From contig BOKM01000001.1 of assembly GCA_016860985.1 (NCBI GenBank), positions 2,310-66,309 of the forward strand: a DNA stretch of 64,000 nt, written 5' to 3'. The DNA is from Patescibacteria group bacterium (GTDB taxonomy: Bacteria; Patescibacteriota; Dojkabacteria; GCA-002793355). The position numbers and the translations under genes were made by a program. Of the stretch, positions 59,377 to 64,000 are shown piece by piece. The notes below the pieces were generated by a model. It did no database searches and was not told where the DNA came from. It saw only the letters and a list, made by a program, of their open reading frames with translations. Numbering within the stretch: the first letter of the stretch is position 1; each line of letters opens with the position of its first letter.

Positions 59377-62300
59377 ATGAATTTCGATCAAATACTCAAC
59401 AAGCACCGCGAGCTCGCATTTTCCGAAAGAAATAAAGGTGATCGTTTCGAAAGATTAATACAACTCTATCTTCGTACCGATCCAACTTATGCTACAAAGT
59501 TTACAAAAATTTGGTTATGGAACGAGTTCCCATTCAGAGGAGATTTTGGAGGGAAAGATACTGGCATTGACTTGGTTGCGTTGACTACTGAAGGAACGTA
59601 TTGGGCGATTCAATGTAAATGCTATCAAGAAGATTCGCTAATTGATAAAGCTGAAGTTGATACCTTTCTTTCGACATCAGGGAAAAGTTTTGTTGACGGA
59701 ACAGGTGAACGTGTGAGTTTTATACAAAGACTTTGGATCTCTACTACGAACAATTGGTCTTCAAATGCTACTGAATCACTTCACAATCAGCAACCTCCAG
59801 TTAATAGGCTTAACCTCTCAGATTTACAGTCATCACCAGTTGATTGGGGAAAAATAGATGACGGGGTATTTGGTGACGATGCAAGAAGTTCAAAGAAGGA
59901 TCTTAGACCTCATCAAAGCGAGGCATTAACTAAGACTTTGGAGTATTTTAAAACGAACGATCGAGGTAAGCTAATAATGGCATGTGGAACTGGAAAAACG
60001 TTCACCTCGTTAAGAATTGCCGAAGGAGTCGTTGGTAACAATGGTATTGTATTGTTCTTGGTTCCATCAATTGCACTTCTCGGTCAGACGTTACGTGAGT
60101 GGTCAGCGGATGCTCTCGAGGAAATTAACCCTATTTGTATTTGTTCGGATGCTGAAGTATCAAGAAAAAAAGTATTAAATGATGACACAGACACCTATAG
60201 CGTTATTGACCTAGCACTTCCAGCCTCAACAAGTGTCACCCAAATATTGAAGCAGTTTGAATCGATAGAAACTTCAAATAAAAAGGGACTGACAGTAGTT
60301 TTTTCAACGTACCAATCTATTGATGTAATTGCTAAAACGCAGAAACGACTCGAAAGTATCGGCAGTAAATTTAAAAATTTTGACCTTATAATTTGTGATG
60401 AAGCACATCGTACCACCGGTGTTACCCTTTCTGGAGCAGAAGATGCAGCTTTTGTTAAGGTTCATAAGAATGAAATTATACAGGCGAGTAAAAGACTGTA
60501 TATGACGGCAACTCCTCGACTTTATGGAGAAGAGTCTAAGAGTAAGGCAGCTCAAGCAGACGCGGTCCTATGTTCAATGGATGATGTAAAACTATATGGA
60601 GAGGAAATCTATAGAATTGGTTTTGGAGAAGCTGTAGAAAAAGATCTTCTAACTGACTATAAAGTTCTAATACTTACACTGTCAGAAAGTGATGTTACGC
60701 CAGAAGTTCAAAAGTTATTTAAAGGGGAATCTGACGAAGTTAATACTGATGATTTATCAAAACTTATTGGTTGTATTAACGCAATGTCAAAACAGATTGT
60801 TGGTGATAAAAACCTGCTTGATGCCAATGATCCAGAGCCTATGAGAAGAGCTGTTGCATTCTGTTCAAGTATTAAAGTGTCAAAACAAATAACAGATACC
60901 TTCAATACAATTAGCGGTACTTACAAAGCTTCAGTCAATGAATTAAAGCAAAGAACTATGGTCAACCTAAAATCAGACCACATTGACGGGACAATGAGTG
61001 CTACAGATAGAGATAGACTAATGTCTTGGTTAAAAGAAGATCCTAAAGACCCCCTCGAATCTAGAATTTTAACGAATGTTAGGTGCTTGAGTGAAGGAGT
61101 CGATGTGCCATCACTTGATTCAGTTATGTTCCTTTCAGCAAAAAACTCGCAGATTGATGTCGTTCAATCGGTTGGTCGAGTTATGCGACGAAGCCCTGGG
61201 AAGAAATACGGTTATATTGTCATTCCTATTGTTATTCCTTCAGACATAAAGCCAGAAGATGCATTGAATGATAACGCAAGATACAAAGTTGTTTGGACTG
61301 TATTAAACGCACTTCGAGCCCATGATGACCGGTTTAACGCTACAGTCAACAAAATAGAACTAAACAAAAGTAGACCTGCCCATATTTTGGTAGGAAGAGT
61401 TGACCCAGATGGAGACAGCAACGAACAAAACGACGATGTTGATGCAAAGAAAAAAAGGAAGGAAGCATCAGAACAAATTACCATGCATTTTGAAAAACTT
61501 TCGACTGTTATTTATGCAAAACTCGTAGAAAAAGTTGGAGACAGACATTATTGGGAAACATGGGCAAAGGGCGTTGCGGAGATTGCTGAAAAACAAATCA
61601 AACGTATTCATAAAATTGTCTCACAAGGTGGTTCACATCGTGAACAATTCAACGACTTTTTACGAGGTCTTCAGAAAAATATTAACCCTTCAATTACGGA
61701 AGAACAAGCTATTGAGATGCTCTCACAGCATATAATTACTAAACCAATCTTTGATGCACTTTTTGAAAAATACTCTTTCGTAAAAAACAATGCAGTTTCT
61801 GTGTCTATGCAAGAAGTACTTGATGTAATTGAAGCAAGCGCGCTTGAAAAAGAAGATGAACAATTACTCGCTGAATTCTATGCTTCGGTTAAACGAAGAG
61901 TTGAAGGAATTGATAATGCTGAAGGAAAGCAACGCATAATTGTTGAACTTTACGACAAGTTCTTTAAGGTGGCATTCCCAAAAATGGTCGAACGACTGGG
62001 AATTGTATACACTCCAGTTGAAGTCGTTGATTTCATTATCCATTCGGTAAACGATGTATTAAAGAAGGAATTCGGGAAAACGTTATCAGACGAAAACGTA
62101 AACATATTAGACCCATTTACAGGAACAGGCACTTTCATTACGAGATTGTTACAAAGTGGTCTTATTAGTCGAGAGGATTTACCTCGCAAGTATAAACAAG
62201 AGATATTTGCTAATGAAATTGTACTTTTAGCTTATTATATTGCAGCAGTAAACATCGAAAATACATATCACGATATTGTTGGAAGTGAATCATATGAAAG

Positions 62301-64000
62301 CTTTGATGGAATTGCGCTTACCGATACGTTCCAAATTAACGAGAACGATGATCCAAGACTAATATCAAATTCACTTGCAGAAAACTCCGAGCGTGTGAAG
62401 AAGCAAAAAGAAGTTCCAATTCAGGTCATTGTCGGTAATCCGCCATATTCAATCGGGCAAAAGTCTGCAAATGATGATGCTCAAAATCAGAAATATCCAA
62501 AGTTGGATGAACGAATATCTTGTACTTACGCAAAGCAATCTTCAGCAGGTCTCAGTAAATCTCTTTATGATGCTTATATAAAAGCCTTTAGATGGAGTAC
62601 AGATAGATTAGACTCAAAATCGGGTGGAGTAATTGCATTTATTTCAAACTCAGGTTGGTTGAATGGGAACGGATTGGATGGTTTTAGAATTGCAATTGAA
62701 AAAGAATTTAGTTCTATCTATGTAGTTGATTTGCGAGGTGCAATTAGAGGGCGATCTGGAGATATTGCACGCAAAGAAGGCAAGGGGGTATTCGATATCA
62801 TGACGGGGGTAGCTATAACAATTCTAATTAAAAGAACTCCCCCAGATAATAAAATGACTGAAATTCGTTATTTTGATATTGGAGATTACCTAAATAAAAA
62901 CGAAAAACTCGAAAAACTAATTGGTCTTAAGTCATTATTTAATGATCAAATTAATTGGACTTTATTAAAACCGAATAAAAGCGGAGATTGGCTAGACCAA
63001 AGAAGTGAGAAATATTCAGATTTATTTTCTTTAGCACCCGAAAAGAAGCAAAACCCGCTATCCGAATCAGTATTTATCACGTATTCGCTTGGTACAGCTA
63101 CAAATCGGGATAACTGGGTTTATAATTTTTCAAAAGCTAAGCTCGCAGGCAATGTTAAATTGACAATTGGACATTACAATCACGAAAGACTCAGAATTCT
63201 GAGAGAGAAAGCAATAAACCCAGTAAGAGATTCCAAAAAAGGTAATTGGTCGAGAGACTGGTTGAATCTATTGAAACGAAACAAGGAAATAACCATTAAT
63301 AGTAAGGAATTCCGTTTCTCGATTCATCGTCCATTTACGAAGATTAATAGTTATTTTGATGACGATTTGAATCAAGAGAGATACCAATTACCAAAGCTTT
63401 TTCCTAATGCAGATAATGAAAATATTGCAATAATAATTCCAGGAATCGGAGAAAGAAGAGGTTTTGCTAGTTTAATGATAAAGGATATACCTGATCTCAA
63501 CAATTTTGATGGTGGAACACAATGTTTCCCACTGTACTACTATGAGAAGCATGAAAGTTTACAGCAAGGAATGTTTACAGAGGAAAATAGCGGTTACAAA
63601 AGACATGAAGGAATTACTGATTTCATACTTGAACACGCACAAAGACAGTATTCTGCCAAAAACATTAGTAAAGAAGATATTTTCTACTATGTATACGGTA
63701 TACTTCACAGCACCGACTACAGAACCACATTTGCTAATGATCTCAAGAAAATGCTTCCAAAAATCCTATTAGTCGCTGATGTTCGGGACTTCTGGGCATT
63801 CAGCAAAGCAGGAAGAAAATTAGGTGAACTTCACGTTAATTATGAAAAAGTGCCACCTTACGAAGGATTGAAGGTAAGTGGAACACAACATGCAAAATAC
63901 GGAATTACAAAGATAAAGTTTCTTGCTAAGGATAGAAAAGACACAATTATCTACAATGATTACATTAAAATTGAAAACATACCTGCGAAAGTATATGAAT
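59377..64000 (+). CDS. Type ISP restriction-modification enzyme (LlaBIII/LlaGI-like), 3' partial; absent from ORF track
   Basis: MNFDQILN...; Mrr-like 'GIDLVA...AIQCK', helicase 'MACGTGKT' and 'DEAHRT', MTase 'DPFTGTG' and 'GNPPY'. Same frame at the window end. Confidence 0.9.
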   Translation, partial: MNFDQILNKHRELAFSERNKGDRFERLIQLYLRTDPTYATKFTKIWLWNEFPFRGDFGGKDTGIDLVALTTEGTYWAIQCKCYQEDSLIDKAEVDTFLSTSGKSFVDGTGERVSFIQRLWISTTNNWSSNATESLHNQQPPVNRLNLSDLQSSPVDWGKIDDGVFGDDARSSKKDLRPHQSEALTKTLEYFKTNDRGKLIMACGTGKTFTSLRIAEGVVGNNGIVLFLVPSIALLGQTLREWSADALEEINPICICSDAEVSRKKVLNDDTDTYSVIDLALPASTSVTQILKQFESIETSNKKGLTVVFSTYQSIDVIAKTQKRLESIGSKFKNFDLIICDEAHRTTGVTLSGAEDAAFVKVHKNEIIQASKRLYMTATPRLYGEESKSKAAQADAVLCSMDDVKLYGEEIYRIGFGEAVEKDLLTDYKVLILTLSESDVTPEVQKLFKGESDEVNTDDLSKLIGCINAMSKQIVGDKNLLDANDPEPMRRAVAFCSSIKVSKQITDTFNTISGTYKASVNELKQRTMVNLKSDHIDGTMSATDRDRLMSWLKEDPKDPLESRILTNVRCLSEGVDVPSLDSVMFLSAKNSQIDVVQSVGRVMRRSPGKKYGYIVIPIVIPSDIKPEDALNDNARYKVVWTVLNALRAHDDRFNATVNKIELNKSRPAHILVGRVDPDGDSNEQNDDVDAKKKRKEASEQITMHFEKLSTVIYAKLVEKVGDRHYWETWAKGVAEIAEKQIKRIHKIVSQGGSHREQFNDFLRGLQKNINPSITEEQAIEMLSQHIITKPIFDALFEKYSFVKNNAVSVSMQEVLDVIEASALEKEDEQLLAEFYASVKRRVEGIDNAEGKQRIIVELYDKFFKVAFPKMVERLGIVYTPVEVVDFIIHSVNDVLKKEFGKTLSDENVNILDPFTGTGTFITRLLQSGLISREDLPRKYKQEIFANEIVLLAYYIAAVNIENTYHDIVGSESYESFDGIALTDTFQINENDDPRLISNSLAENSERVKKQKEVPIQVIVGNPPYSIGQKSANDDAQNQKYPKLDERISCTYAKQSSAGLSKSLYDAYIKAFRWSTDRLDSKSGGVIAFISNSGWLNGNGLDGFRIAIEKEFSSIYVVDLRGAIRGRSGDIARKEGKGVFDIMTGVAITILIKRTPPDNKMTEIRYFDIGDYLNKNEKLEKLIGLKSLFNDQINWTLLKPNKSGDWLDQRSEKYSDLFSLAPEKKQNPLSESVFITYSLGTATNRDNWVYNFSKAKLAGNVKLTIGHYNHERLRILREKAINPVRDSKKGNWSRDWLNLLKRNKEITINSKEFRFSIHRPFTKINSYFDDDLNQERYQLPKLFPNADNENIAIIIPGIGERRGFASLMIKDIPDLNNFDGGTQCFPLYYYEKHESLQQGMFTEENSGYKRHEGITDFILEHAQRQYSAKNISKEDIFYYVYGILHSTDYRTTFANDLKKMLPKILLVADVRDFWAFSKAGRKLGELHVNYEKVPPYEGLKVSGTQHAKYGITKIKFLAKDRKDTIIYNDYIKIENIPAKVYE

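Larger units (their letters stand above)
47535..64000. mobile_element. Putative integrated element, unit 3 (right end outside the window)
   Basis: Starts at the third core. Has the same ParB-MTase/HTH backbone as unit 2, plus TerL. Confidence 0.55.

Noticed and set aside
60195-63772. Short ORFs listed in the last 4 kb
   Set aside because: All are nested in or antisense to the type ISP reading frame.

Overview
Low-GC bacterial DNA, probably from a small-genome Patescibacteria/CPR-type organism. That is an inference from compact genes, many leaderless starts and typical gene families. Positions 1-16.9 kb hold ordinary small genes (ABC permease, DUF1295, patatin, SDR, OpgC-like, EamA, RecX, GNATs). 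From ~18.5 kb to the window end the sequence looks like a tandem array of related integrated elements. An identical 23-bp core (GATAGGACTGACGGGACTTGAAG) occurs at 18491, 24713 and 47535 and, read on the minus strand, matches the layout of tRNA positions 54-73. It delimits a 6.2-kb unit, a 22.8-kb unit and a third unit that runs off the window. Each complete unit has one intact 446-aa large serine recombinase near its right end. Units 2 and 3 share a ParB-DNA methyltransferase and a small-terminase-like HTH gene, and unit 3 also has a large terminase; no portal or capsid gene is visible. Cargo is mostly defence: a two-MTase type II R-M, type IIG and type ISP R-M, an SF1 helicase-nuclease, an OLD nuclease, and HEPN-like and PD-(D/E)XK proteins. 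There is also an unusual AsnRS-like / methyltransferase / kinase / MccF-like operon. All family calls come from motif recognition by eye; no searches were run.
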